Shown one piece after another: positions 17,501-26,860 of a stretch of 64,000 bases of DNA (the first letter of the stretch is position 1; each line of letters opens with the position of its first letter). Source of the DNA: an uncultured Planctomycetota bacterium (lineage in GTDB: Bacteria; Planctomycetota; Phycisphaerae; SM23-33). The translations under genes were made by a program, and so were the position numbers. The DNA is taken from NCBI GenBank assembly GCA_903892515.1, contig CAITIS010000057.1:143067-207066 (forward strand), in the 5' to 3' direction. A model generated the notes under the pieces. The model was given only the letters and a program-made list of their open reading frames with translations, was not told the DNA's origin and ran no database searches.

Positions 17501-19480
17501 ATGCCCATGCCATCAATCCCCGTGCGACAGGTCCACTTGGATTTTCACACCAGCCCGGACATCACCGGCATCGCCGCGGATTTCGACCCGGAGCTTTTTG
17601 CCGACACACTGGCCAAGGCCCGCGTCAACTCGGTGACGTGTTTCGCCCGCTGCCATCACGGCTGGCTGTACTATGACAGCAAGAACGACCCCGCCCGGCG
17701 GCACCCGCACCTGAAGCGCAACCTGCTCGTCGAGCAGATAGACGCACTTCACGCCCGCGGCATTCGCACGCCCATCTACACCAGCGTCCGCTGGGACGAC
17801 CTGACCGCCCAGCAGCATCCCGAGTGGCTGTGCCTCACCGCCGATGGCGCCATCAGCGGCACCAGGCCGTACGAGCCGGGCTTCTACCGCGACCTGTGCG
17901 TCAACACGCCGTACGTTGACTTCCTCAAGGCCCACGTTCGCGACATCTTCCAGAGCGTCCCGGCCGTTGATGGCATGTTCTTCGACATCGTTTCCGTGCG
18001 AGACTGCTCCTGCGCGCATTGCCGGCGCGAGATGCTTTTCCGCGGCATCGACCCATCGAACGCCCCGCAGCGGCTGGCGTTCGCACAGGAGGTCGTCGAT
18101 CGCTTCCGGCTGGACATGACGCAATTCGTCCATCAACTCAGCGGCGATTGCACCGTCTTCCACAACGCCGGCCACGTGGGGCCATCGATTCGCACGTCCA
18201 TCGACGCCTTCACGCACCTGGAGTTGGAATCGCTGCCCTCGGGCGGCTGGGGCTATCTGCACTTTCCGGTGTCGATGCGGTATGCCCGCACGCTGGACAA
18301 GCCCTGCCTGGGCATGACCGGCAAGTTCCACACCAGTTGGGGCGACTTCCACTCTTTTAAGAATCGCGCCGCCCTGGAATTCGAGTGCTTCCACTCGCTG
18401 GCCCTGGGTGCGGCCTGTTCCATCGGCGATCAACTTCACCCCTCAGGCGCTACCTGCCAGGCCACGTACGACCTGATCGGCTCGGTGTACGCCCAGGTCG
18501 AGAAGAAGGAGCCCTGGTGCGTCGGGGCGGCAGCGCGGACCGAGTTGGCGGTGCTGACGCCCGAACGCGGCAGGGGCGGGCTGCCTGAATCCATCAAGGG
18601 GGCCGTGGCCGTGCTGGGGGAGTTGCGGATGCAATTCGACATCGTGGACGCCCTGGCGGAGTTTTCGCGCTACAAGTTGCTGGTGCTGCCCGACGAGGTG
18701 GCCGTCGATGAGGCCTTGGCCCGAAAGCTGGATGCGTACGCGCGGGCGGGCGGCAAGCTCATCGCCAGCTACAAGTCGGGCTTGGACGCCGAGGGCAAGA
18801 GCTTTGCCGGCGAGTACTGGCCGATGGCGTACAAGGGCGACGCGCCGTTTAGTCCGGACTTCATTATGCCCGGGCCCAAACTGGCCAAGGATCTGCCGCA
18901 GGTGCAGCACGTGATGTACCTGCAAGGCCTGGAGGTCCAGGCCGCCCCCGGCAGCGAGGTGCTGGCCGACGCGTACGCGCCGTACTTCAACCGCACCTGG
19001 AGGCACTTCTGCTCGCACGCGCACACGCCCTCGTCCAATAAGAAGGCATACCCAGCCGTGCTGCGCCGCGGCGGCGTCATTTACTTCATGCACCCGATCT
19101 TCCGGCAATATCAGGACAAGGCCCCGCGCTGGGTCAAGCAGATGCTGTCAGCCGCCCTTGACCTGCTCATCGGCCCGGCGCTGGTGCAGGTGGCTGGGCC
19201 ATCGACGCTGCTGGCGAGCCTGATGCGCCAGGACCAGCCTGGCCGCGACGTGCTGCACCTGCTGCATTACATCCCGCAGCGCAAGTGCCAGTCGTTCGAT
19301 ATCGTGGAGGACGTGATCCCGCTATACGAGCTGACCTGCTCAGTGGCCGTCGATGCACCGATCAAGAGCGTCACCTGCGTGCCCCAAGGGGAGAAGCTGA
19401 AGTTCGCGCAGAAAAACGGCAGAGTGGAGTTCGTCCTGCCCAAGTTGGAAGGGCATCAGATGGTTGAGATGCAGGGATGA
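17501..19480 (+). CDS. Glycoside hydrolase (GHL6/GH151 alpha-L-fucosidase-like) with beta-galactosidase trimerisation domain
   Basis: RQVHLDFHTS, FARCHHGW, DGMFFD, ELESLPSGGWGY, GMTGKFHTSWGDF, CSIGDQLHP. Confidence 0.75.
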   Translation: MPMPSIPVRQVHLDFHTSPDITGIAADFDPELFADTLAKARVNSVTCFARCHHGWLYYDSKNDPARRHPHLKRNLLVEQIDALHARGIRTPIYTSVRWDDLTAQQHPEWLCLTADGAISGTRPYEPGFYRDLCVNTPYVDFLKAHVRDIFQSVPAVDGMFFDIVSVRDCSCAHCRREMLFRGIDPSNAPQRLAFAQEVVDRFRLDMTQFVHQLSGDCTVFHNAGHVGPSIRTSIDAFTHLELESLPSGGWGYLHFPVSMRYARTLDKPCLGMTGKFHTSWGDFHSFKNRAALEFECFHSLALGAACSIGDQLHPSGATCQATYDLIGSVYAQVEKKEPWCVGAAARTELAVLTPERGRGGLPESIKGAVAVLGELRMQFDIVDALAEFSRYKLLVLPDEVAVDEALARKLDAYARAGGKLIASYKSGLDAEGKSFAGEYWPMAYKGDAPFSPDFIMPGPKLAKDLPQVQHVMYLQGLEVQAAPGSEVLADAYAPYFNRTWRHFCSHAHTPSSNKKAYPAVLRRGGVIYFMHPIFRQYQDKAPRWVKQMLSAALDLLIGPALVQVAGPSTLLASLMRQDQPGRDVLHLLHYIPQRKCQSFDIVEDVIPLYELTCSVAVDAPIKSVTCVPQGEKLKFAQKNGRVEFVLPKLEGHQMVEMQG

Positions 19481-19909
19481 ACGGAAGGTCATAGGTCGTA
19501 GGTCATAGGTCGTAGGGAAGAAGAAACAGAGGAGACAGAAGAGACAGAAGCGGCAGAAGAAACAGCAGCAGAAGCGGACGCGGCAGCAGAAGCAGCAACA
19601 GAAGCAGAAACGGCAATTTGCCGCAGAGGCGCACAGAGCGCGGAGAAGTTTCAACCATATGTAGGGTGGGCCGAATCCTGTAGGGTGGGCCGAGGAGCGA
19701 AGCGACGAGTCCCACCACGGGCAGCGGCGTCGCAGGGCAGGCCTGCGCAGGCTTGGGTGCCGTGGTTTGCGAGTGCAGCGAGCAACCACGCCCGACGCGG
19801 ATGACGGCAGGGCATGTTGATCGGCCTGGCCCCAGGAGGCGGCCCGCATGCCTTTCCGCGAGTACACGTAAAGGCATGGCATCTGGCGATGCCACCCAGC
19901 CATTGATGG

Positions 19910-20890
19910 CTACTTCCGCCGCCTCACCATCGCCATTCCGGCCAAGGCCAGAAGTGACAGCGTGGCGGGTTCGGGCACGGGCGTCAGCAGGAACGCACCC
20001 ATGCTGCCGTAGCCGACAATCTGGCCGCTGTCGTTGATGGCGGTAGCTTGTACGAGCGTCCAGCCGGAAGCGGGGTCGATGAGACTGTTTAGGTCGGTCA
20101 TCTTTCCATCGCCGTAGATAAAGGCGCGTGTAGAGTTGACGCCAGGGACCGTGTCAGAATCGCCAACGACTTGCCCCTCGTTATTGATGCAGTAAGCTTC
20201 GCTGTACGTTCCGCCCAGCGTTCCAAGCCCTGTTACCGTTCCGTTGCTGCATAAGAAGGCAATACTGGGCTCCATCGTGCCGACAATCTGCCCGGCGTCA
20301 TTGATCCCCCAAGCGTAGCTCCAGGCACCGTCGAACAGCGATCCCAGGTCGGTGGTGGCCCCATTCTCGCGGAACATTGCGCGTGTCGGTGTGACGGACG
20401 AACCGACAACTTGGCCGGAGTTGTTGATACTGACAGCGTTGACCGTGTTGACGCTCGGCCAGAGGCAGTCTGCCTGGCCGTCGCTGTACAGGCATGCGTA
20501 GAGGGATCCGTCTACGACTGCGGTTCCGACAATGCTGCCCGCATTGTTGATGCTATAGGCGCAGCCGAGCGACCCGCCGGACAAAGTGCTCATCATAATG
20601 CCGTTGCTGTACAGGAATGGGTGTCCGCCGGACTCCCCAACGACCTGCCCCAGATCATTGATGCCCCAGGCTCGGCTATCGGAACTCAAGTAAGTCATAG
20701 TGCCACTGGTGTAGAGAAACGCTTGGCCCCAGTGATCGGGCGTAATGGAATAGCCGACAACCTGCCCCGAATTGTTGATGTCCCAAGCGTAGCCTTGGCC
20801 AAGGCCCGTGACCGTGTAACGCACTTCACCGAGCGCAACCGATGCGTAGATCGCCACAGCCGCTGCCAGAATCGCCCATGTGCTCCGCAT
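19910..20890 (-). CDS. Extracellular HAF-repeat protein with PEP-CTERM sorting domain
   Basis: Signal peptide, repeated A.GINxxGQVVG, C-terminal VPEPATLSLLALAGMAMVRRRK. Confidence 0.92.
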   Translation of the reverse strand: MRSTWAILAAAVAIYASVALGEVRYTVTGLGQGYAWDINNSGQVVGYSITPDHWGQAFLYTSGTMTYLSSDSRAWGINDLGQVVGESGGHPFLYSNGIMMSTLSGGSLGCAYSINNAGSIVGTAVVDGSLYACLYSDGQADCLWPSVNTVNAVSINNSGQVVGSSVTPTRAMFRENGATTDLGSLFDGAWSYAWGINDAGQIVGTMEPSIAFLCSNGTVTGLGTLGGTYSEAYCINNEGQVVGDSDTVPGVNSTRAFIYGDGKMTDLNSLIDPASGWTLVQATAINDSGQIVGYGSMGAFLLTPVPEPATLSLLALAGMAMVRRRK

Positions 20891-20998
20891 GATCGTTGCT
20901 CCGTTCTACTCAGAATGCGCAGACTCTCACCCGTGAGCACGATTGAGCGAACGAACCTCCGAAGGGCATAAATGTAGATAGGCCCCGACAACAGCTTA

Positions 20999-21026
20999 AC
21001 TCTACCACGAATTCCCACCTTGTCAA
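20999..21026 (-). promoter_or_regulatory. Sigma70-type promoter for the PEP-CTERM gene
   Basis: Minus strand TTGACA-N16-TAGAGT. Confidence 0.5.
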
Positions 21027-21378
21027 CCTCCGACAAGGCCGGGTGGCATGGCGGGTGGCATGGTCAGGCCATCCTTTGGCCTGGCCATGTTTCGACCTTC
21101 TGCATGGCCAGCCCCAAAGCGGGCTGGCCATGGCACCCGGCGCAACGCTGGGTGCCACTGGCTGGCACGGCTTCGCGTCTGGCGAAGGCGGGACTGCCTA
21201 TGCTGGACGCCTCGCATAGGTAGAGCTGCCAGACGGCGCGGCTCAACCTATGGCACCCATCACGCGGACACGCCTGCCCGCCCTGCGGCTACCTCGGCTA
21301 GAATCCGGCCATTTTCGGGCGATTTCGCTTGACAAACTGCCTTGAGTATGTTTTCTAGACATCAGATATATCGCATCA

Positions 21379-21529
21379 CGGGGATGCCTGAAGGGAAGTT
21401 CACGCCCAAAAGGAGCTTGTCATGGCTTATTGGATGGACCTGTATCAATTCCTGCTCAGCCCGGAGATGACGCCGGCCGTGAGGCAGAGGTTCAGCTGGG
21501 AGCGCTGAACGGCATGCCTGCACGTCCCG
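21379..21529 (+). ncRNA. Candidate 6S-like rod-shaped RNA (alternatively the mRNA of a 28-aa peptide at 21422-21508)
   Basis: 5'/3' pairings GGGATG/CGTCCC, GTTCACGCCC/GGGAGCGCTGAAC, TCATGGCT/GGCCGTGA; TTGACA at 21329. Confidence 0.4.
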
Positions 21530-21897
21530 CTACTCTTGGGCCAACGAGGCCGCTGCCGCCAATAAGCGGCGTCGGGGCCCTTTCGCCCATAAGCGCCCCC
21601 ATGCGCACACCCCGCGCCGCAACCACGTTCGCAACCTGGCAGTGCCGACCGTCAGCGACGCGGAACATCATGGGGCCAAGATATATCGCACTGGGAGCGG
21701 AACGTTACGAATCGTGCCCAATGGTTCCGAACCGTTCCGTTTGGTTCCGTTTGGTTCCGTTTCGTTCCGTTTGGTGCCGCTTGGTTCCCAATCGTTCCCA
21801 ACGGTTCCAGGTTGTTCCGTCAGGTTCCGCGTGGTGTCGGCCCGACGTGGTTGCTTCGCTTCGCTGCGCAAACCACGGCACCGGCTGCATGAGCATG

Positions 21898-21938
21898 AAA
21901 AAGGCCGGCGGATCGTTGACCCGCCGGCCCTTTATTTC
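21898..21938. terminator. Bidirectional intrinsic terminator downstream of pheS
   Basis: AAAAA-GGCCGGCGG-loop-CCGCCGGCC-CTTTATTT. Confidence 0.7.
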
Positions 21939-22144
21939 ACCGTATTATCCCTTGAATCCCCTGCATCACTGCTCCGTCGTTCGGCCCCGTCCGCAGAACC
22001 TTCGCAACAGCGCGAAGAACCTGCGGACCCTACCGAGTGCGGCGAAGAATCTGGGGACCCTACCGAGTGCCTGTCGTTCGCATTTCCCCTACGCCCTACG
22101 CCCTACGCCCTATGCCCTATGCCCTACGCCCTATGCCCTGCCGC

Positions 22145-23131
22145 TCAGAACTGCTGCAGGAATCGCACGTCGTTTTCGAACAGCAGGCGGATATCCGGAA
22201 TGCCGTACTTACGCATGACCATGCGTTCGATGCCCAGGCCAAAGGCAAAGCCTGTGTACTTTTCGCTGTCGTAGCCGACGTCGTCCAGCACGTTGGGATC
22301 GACCATGCCGCAGCCGCCCAGTTCCACCCAGGCTTTCCGGCCATCGTCGAAGTGGAACAGCACGTCCAACTCGGCCGAGGGCTCGGTGAAGGGGAAGAAA
22401 CTTGGCCGCAGCCGCGTCGTGATGTCGGGCCCGAAGTACGCCTTGCAGAACTGGTCGAGGCAGGTCTTCAGGTCGGCCATGGTCACGCCCTCATCGACGT
22501 ACAGGCCCTCGACCTGGTGGAACATGAAGCTGTGCGTGGCATCGACGGTGTCAGGCCGATACACCCGGCCTGGGGCGATGATCCGCACCGGCGGAGACTG
22601 GCTCTCCATCACGCGGATCTGCACGGTGGAGGTCTGGCTGCGCAGCATCACCGACGGGCTGATGTAAAAGTTGTCCAGTTCGTCGCGGGCCGGGTGCGAG
22701 GGCGGAATGTTCAGGGCGTTGAAGTTGTGCCGCTCGTCCTCGACCTCGGGCCCATAGGCGGTGGAAAAGCCCATCCGCCCGAAAATCTCGTTGAGTTCGG
22801 CCACGGTTTGCGTGATGAGGTGCTGATGGCCGATCCGGCTGGCCTCGCCGGGCAGGGTGACGTCGGTCACGGGTCCGCGTTTGACGGTCGAGACCGTGGC
22901 CTTGCGGGCCTCGAAGGCCGAAGAAAGGGCCTGCTTCAGATCGTTGGCCAGTTTGCCGTACTCGGAGCGGTGCTCAGGTGGGATTTCCTTGAGCTTGCCC
23001 ATGGCGGCCTTGACCGCGCCCTTGGCGCCCAGCCAGGCGATGCGCCAAGCTTCGAGCGCATCGTCCCTGACCTCTGCCAGTTGGGCGAGGGCCTGATCGC
23101 GCAATTTCTGGAGATCGTCCAGGTTGGCCAT
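22145..23131 (-). CDS. pheS: Phenylalanyl-tRNA synthetase alpha subunit
   Basis: NFNALNIPPSHPARD, LRSQTSTVQ, DATHSFMFHQVEGL, RPSFFPFTEPS, GFAFGLGIER. Confidence 0.98.
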   Translation of the reverse strand: MANLDDLQKLRDQALAQLAEVRDDALEAWRIAWLGAKGAVKAAMGKLKEIPPEHRSEYGKLANDLKQALSSAFEARKATVSTVKRGPVTDVTLPGEASRIGHQHLITQTVAELNEIFGRMGFSTAYGPEVEDERHNFNALNIPPSHPARDELDNFYISPSVMLRSQTSTVQIRVMESQSPPVRIIAPGRVYRPDTVDATHSFMFHQVEGLYVDEGVTMADLKTCLDQFCKAYFGPDITTRLRPSFFPFTEPSAELDVLFHFDDGRKAWVELGGCGMVDPNVLDDVGYDSEKYTGFAFGLGIERMVMRKYGIPDIRLLFENDVRFLQQF

Positions 23132-23403
23132 GACCGTCCTCGGATCGCGTGCGTCTTCGTCTCACAGCCGCCCTCGGCTGTGAGTGGGTGCCGCGCCTTG
23201 CAGGTGTGTGTCGCACGGCTGCAAACACCGCAGCCGTGGCACCCGGCAATGGGCGTCTGGGCATGGCCAGCCCAAGACAGCGGGCTGACCATGGCACCCG
23301 AAATCGATCGCACCGGGAAGCGCGGGCAAGCCTGCCCGCTCTACGGTGCTCGATCAATAGCATGGTCATCCTGAGTACAGGACTGGCCATGCCACCCGGA
23401 TAC

Positions 23404-23787
23404 TTACCGAATCACCGCGGCCTTGGCGTAGCTGGGGGCCTTGTCGCGGGCGATGGCGTAGATCTTATCGAAGGCGGCGGGGTCGGCAATGGCCACTTCC
23501 GAGAGCATCTTGCGGTTGAGTTGGACGCCCGCTTCGTTGAGGGCGGCCATAAACCGGCTGTAGGTCAGGCCGCGAGCGCGGCAGGCGGCCGAGATGCGGG
23601 TGATCCACAGCCCGCGGAAATCGCGCTTCTTCGTGCGGCGGTCGCGCGTGGCGTTCTCGCCGGCGTGCATGAGGACCTGGATGGCAACGCGGTAGCGGCG
23701 ACTGCCCGCACCCACATGACCACGGGCCTTTTTGAGGACTTTCTTGTGCTTGCGCGTCTTGACGACGCCGCGTGTGGAACGTGGCAT
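23404..23787 (-). CDS. rplT: 50S ribosomal protein L20
   Basis: RHKKVLKKARG, RDRRTKKRDFRGLWITRISAA, LNRKMLSEVA. Confidence 0.97.
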   Translation of the reverse strand: MPRSTRGVVKTRKHKKVLKKARGHVGAGSRRYRVAIQVLMHAGENATRDRRTKKRDFRGLWITRISAACRARGLTYSRFMAALNEAGVQLNRKMLSEVAIADPAAFDKIYAIARDKAPSYAKAAVIR

Positions 23788-24000
23788 AACTCAAACTCCC
23801 TTCGGCCGGTGGACAGCCCCGAATTTCGGGACCCGTTCTTTCCCACGCAGGCCGGTATAAAAGGGCTTCCTGGTGCGGGTGCCACTGCTGCGGCGTTTGC
23901 AGCAGTGAACTCGTTGCACTGCGAACTTCGCAGCGTTTTCACCAGGCGCGGGCGAATTTGCCCGCCGTACCGCTTGCTTCAGCAACTCGCTGAAGAAAGC

Positions 24001-24198
24001 TTAGCCCAGACCCAGCAGCTTCTTGGCTGCCTTTTCAAAACTCTTGTTCAGCATGATCTTCTTGCGCAGGCCACGCAGTTGGCCCGAACTCTTGGCCGAC
24101 TTGAGGTGGCCACGCGAGGGGCGGCTCATCTTGATCCTGCCATTGGCGGTCACTTTGACGCGCTTGGCGACGGACTTATTCGTCTTTTGCTTCGGCAT
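24001..24198 (-). CDS. rpmI: 50S ribosomal protein L35
   Basis: MPKQKTNKSVAKRVKVTANGRI; upstream of rplT. Confidence 0.95.
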   Translation of the reverse strand: MPKQKTNKSVAKRVKVTANGRIKMSRPSRGHLKSAKSSGQLRGLRKKIMLNKSFEKAAKKLLGLG

Positions 24199-24453
24199 GC
24201 CGACTTACCTTTGTCTTTCAAAACCATCATACGACCAGGCCGGCCAACGCGGCCCAGCCCTTCCGCTTGTGGCAACAGCATCTCCACCGGGGCGGAAAAG
24301 ATCCGTATTCTAGCGACTCGCCCGACGGAGGCAAGAGGATTTTCTCCGGCCGTGTGGCGCCATTTTGTCGTGCCTTGTCCGCGCCCCGAGGCGGCTTGGC
24401 CTTGCTCTGGGCGGTCCGTAAAGGGTATTCTAGGGCTTTACAGTCGAGGTTCC

Positions 24454-25785
24454 ATGACCGGAATTACACTCCAGCAGATTGCCCAGGCCGGCGTAGTGGG
24501 TTCGGGCGGGGCGGGTTTTCCCACCCACGTCAAACTCGCCGCCAAGGCCGACACCGTCATTATCAACGCTGCCGAGTGCGAGCCGCTGTTGCATAAGGAT
24601 AAGGAAGTCCTGCGCCGCTTTGCCCCTTCCGTGCTCTCGGGCCTGGCCGCGGCGATGGAACTTACCGGCGCCACGCAGGGCATCATCGGCATCAAGGAAA
24701 AGTACCACGACCTGATCGAGACGCTCACGCCCATGCTGCAAGGCGGCACGCGCATCAAAGCCCTGCCCGACGCCTACCCAGCCGGCGATGAGTTCATCCT
24801 GGTCTATGAAGTTCTTGGCCGGGTGATTCCGCCGGGCGGCATTCCGCTGCACGTCGGGGCCGTGGTGATGAACGTCGAGACCGCGTACAACGTGGCCCAG
24901 TCGCCGCGCCAGGCCGTGGTCGAGAAATTCGTATCGGTGGCCGGCGCGGTGGCCAGCCCGATGACGCTGCGCGTGCCCGTGGGCGTAAGCCTGGCCCAGT
25001 GCATTGCCGCCGCGGGCGGGACAACGGCCGAACACCCGGTGCTGATCGTCGGCGGCGTGATGATGGGGCGGATCGAAGATAACCCCAGCGCCGTGGTGGA
25101 CAAGACTACCGGGGCGGTGATCGTGCTGCCGGCGGATCATTATGTAGTGCGGCGGCATCGGCGGACGTGGAGCCACGCCGCCCGCATTGGCCGAAGCGCC
25201 TGCGACCAGTGCAGCTTCTGCACCGAACTGTGCCCGCGGTACCTGCTGGGACATCCCATCCAGCCGCACCGGGCCATGCGCAGCCCGGGCTTTAACAAGG
25301 TCGGCCAGGCCGACGTGACGGGCACGCTGTTCTGCTGCGAGTGCAACCTGTGCAGCATGTACGCCTGCCCTGAGGACCTCGACCCGCGCAGCGTCTGCGG
25401 CCAGAACAAGCGCCGGCTGATGGGCGAAGGCACGAAGTGGCCCGACGCGCCGTTCAACGGCACGCGGCCTGACCTGCTGATGAAGAACCGCAAGGCCCCG
25501 ACGGCCCGGCTGATACGCAAACTGGGCTTGAGCGGGTTCAACAACGTCGGCCCGCTGACCGAAGAATTGCTGTCGACGCGGCGCGTGGGCATCAAGCTCA
25601 AGCAGCATGTGGGCGCGCCCTGCCAGGCCACCGTGGCGGTGGGGCAGAAGGTCGCGCGTGGCCAGGTCGTCGGCGAGCGGGCCATGAGCGAGGGCAAGCC
25701 CGCCCTGGGCGCCCCCGTGCATGCGTCCATCGACGGGGCGGTAACGGCCATCACTGACGGCGTCATCTGGATTGAACAGCGGTAG
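24454..25785 (+). CDS. pduS: PduS/RnfC-like flavin Fe-S oxidoreductase (BMC-associated)
   Basis: AGVVGSGGAGFPTHVK, INAAECEPLL, YPAGDE, SLBB, CDQCSFCTELCP and CCECNLC...CP clusters, KQHVGAP...HASIDG. Confidence 0.85.
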   Translation: MTGITLQQIAQAGVVGSGGAGFPTHVKLAAKADTVIINAAECEPLLHKDKEVLRRFAPSVLSGLAAAMELTGATQGIIGIKEKYHDLIETLTPMLQGGTRIKALPDAYPAGDEFILVYEVLGRVIPPGGIPLHVGAVVMNVETAYNVAQSPRQAVVEKFVSVAGAVASPMTLRVPVGVSLAQCIAAAGGTTAEHPVLIVGGVMMGRIEDNPSAVVDKTTGAVIVLPADHYVVRRHRRTWSHAARIGRSACDQCSFCTELCPRYLLGHPIQPHRAMRSPGFNKVGQADVTGTLFCCECNLCSMYACPEDLDPRSVCGQNKRRLMGEGTKWPDAPFNGTRPDLLMKNRKAPTARLIRKLGLSGFNNVGPLTEELLSTRRVGIKLKQHVGAPCQATVAVGQKVARGQVVGERAMSEGKPALGAPVHASIDGAVTAITDGVIWIEQR

Positions 25786-26003
25786 GCGTGGCCGCGTTAG
25801 GTATTGAGTTGCGTCAGGCATTGAATCGCGTCAGGACATAGATAGAGCCGCAAGACGACGCGGCTCAACCTATGGCACCCTTGCCGGCTCAACCTATGGC
25901 ACCCGCGTGTGAAAGATGGGTGCCATGGTCTGACTCGACCGAGCCGAAGGCGAGATTGAGGCTGACCATGCAAGACGATAAGTTCGCTTCTGAAGGTGAA
26001 TGA

Positions 26004-26564
26004 ATGAGTAATCAGCGATCGATCGGTGCGATTGAACTGTCCTCTGTGGCTGTGGGCTATCGGGTGCAGGATGAACTGCTCAAGGCCGCGACGGTGGAGA
26101 TCGTCATCGCGCGGACGATCTGCTCGGGCAAGTACCTCATCGTCTATACCGGTGGGGTCAGCGATGTCCGCTCCGCCACCGACGCCGGCCTGCGGGCCTC
26201 CGGCGAGGCCATTATCGACCACCTGATCCTGCCGACGGTGCACGAGTCGGTCTTTCCGGCCTTGACGCAGTCGGTCGTGCTCAACGAAAAGAACCCGCAG
26301 GCCCTGGGCGTCGTCGAGAGCTTCTCGGGCGTCTCGATCATCGCCGCCGCCGATGCCGCCGCCAAGGCCGCCGATGTCCAACTCTTCCGCATCCACGTGG
26401 CCATGGCGCTGGGTGGCAAGGGATTCTGCCTCATGACCGGCACGCTGGCCGACGTGACCTCAGGCGTAGCCACCGCCGCCGATGAAGTCCGCAAGCGCGG
26501 CCTGCTGGTCAACGACGTAGTCATCGCCCAGCCCAGCCGCGAACTCTTTGCCGAGTACGTTTGA
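26004..26564 (+). CDS. pduT: Tandem-domain microcompartment shell protein (BMC-T, PduT-like)
   Basis: IGAIELSSV...DELLKAA, TICSGKY (Fe-S ligand Cys), second domain AADAAAKAA...LGGKG. Confidence 0.88.
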   Translation: MSNQRSIGAIELSSVAVGYRVQDELLKAATVEIVIARTICSGKYLIVYTGGVSDVRSATDAGLRASGEAIIDHLILPTVHESVFPALTQSVVLNEKNPQALGVVESFSGVSIIAAADAAAKAADVQLFRIHVAMALGGKGFCLMTGTLADVTSGVATAADEVRKRGLLVNDVVIAQPSRELFAEYV

Positions 26565-26799
26565 ACGGCAGGGCGTAGGGCATAGGGCGGAGGAAAGAGA
26601 AAAGACGTCCGCAGGGTGGCATGGTCACGCTGTTCGCGTGACCATGTGAGGACGCATCACGCAACCCTGCGCTCTGCGCCGAATCAGGTGCCGTGGCTTG
26701 CGAGTGAAGCGAGCAACCACGTTCGCACACGGGGGCACGCGTCCCGAATCGTTCCCCACGGTTCCAATCGGTCCATCGTATAATTATTCACGTCTCATA

Positions 26800-26843
26800 T
26801 TGACAAAAATATCTCATGGTGTATCATTACTGTAGTGATACAC
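26800..26843 (+). promoter_or_regulatory. Sigma70 promoter with overlapping 25-bp palindromic operator
   Basis: TTGACA-N16-TATCAT; GTGTATCATTAC-T-GTAGTGATACAC (11/12 inverted) over the -10. Confidence 0.75.
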
Positions 26844-26860
26844 TAAAGAAGGAGATGCCC

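Noticed and set aside
21430-22274. ORFs of 262 and 210 aa
   Set aside because: They are translations of simple repeats and a terminator, and they overlap pheS antisense
23149-24453. 878-aa ORF giving PduS a long N-terminal extension
   Set aside because: The extension is the antisense of rplT and rpmI; homology begins at ATG 24454
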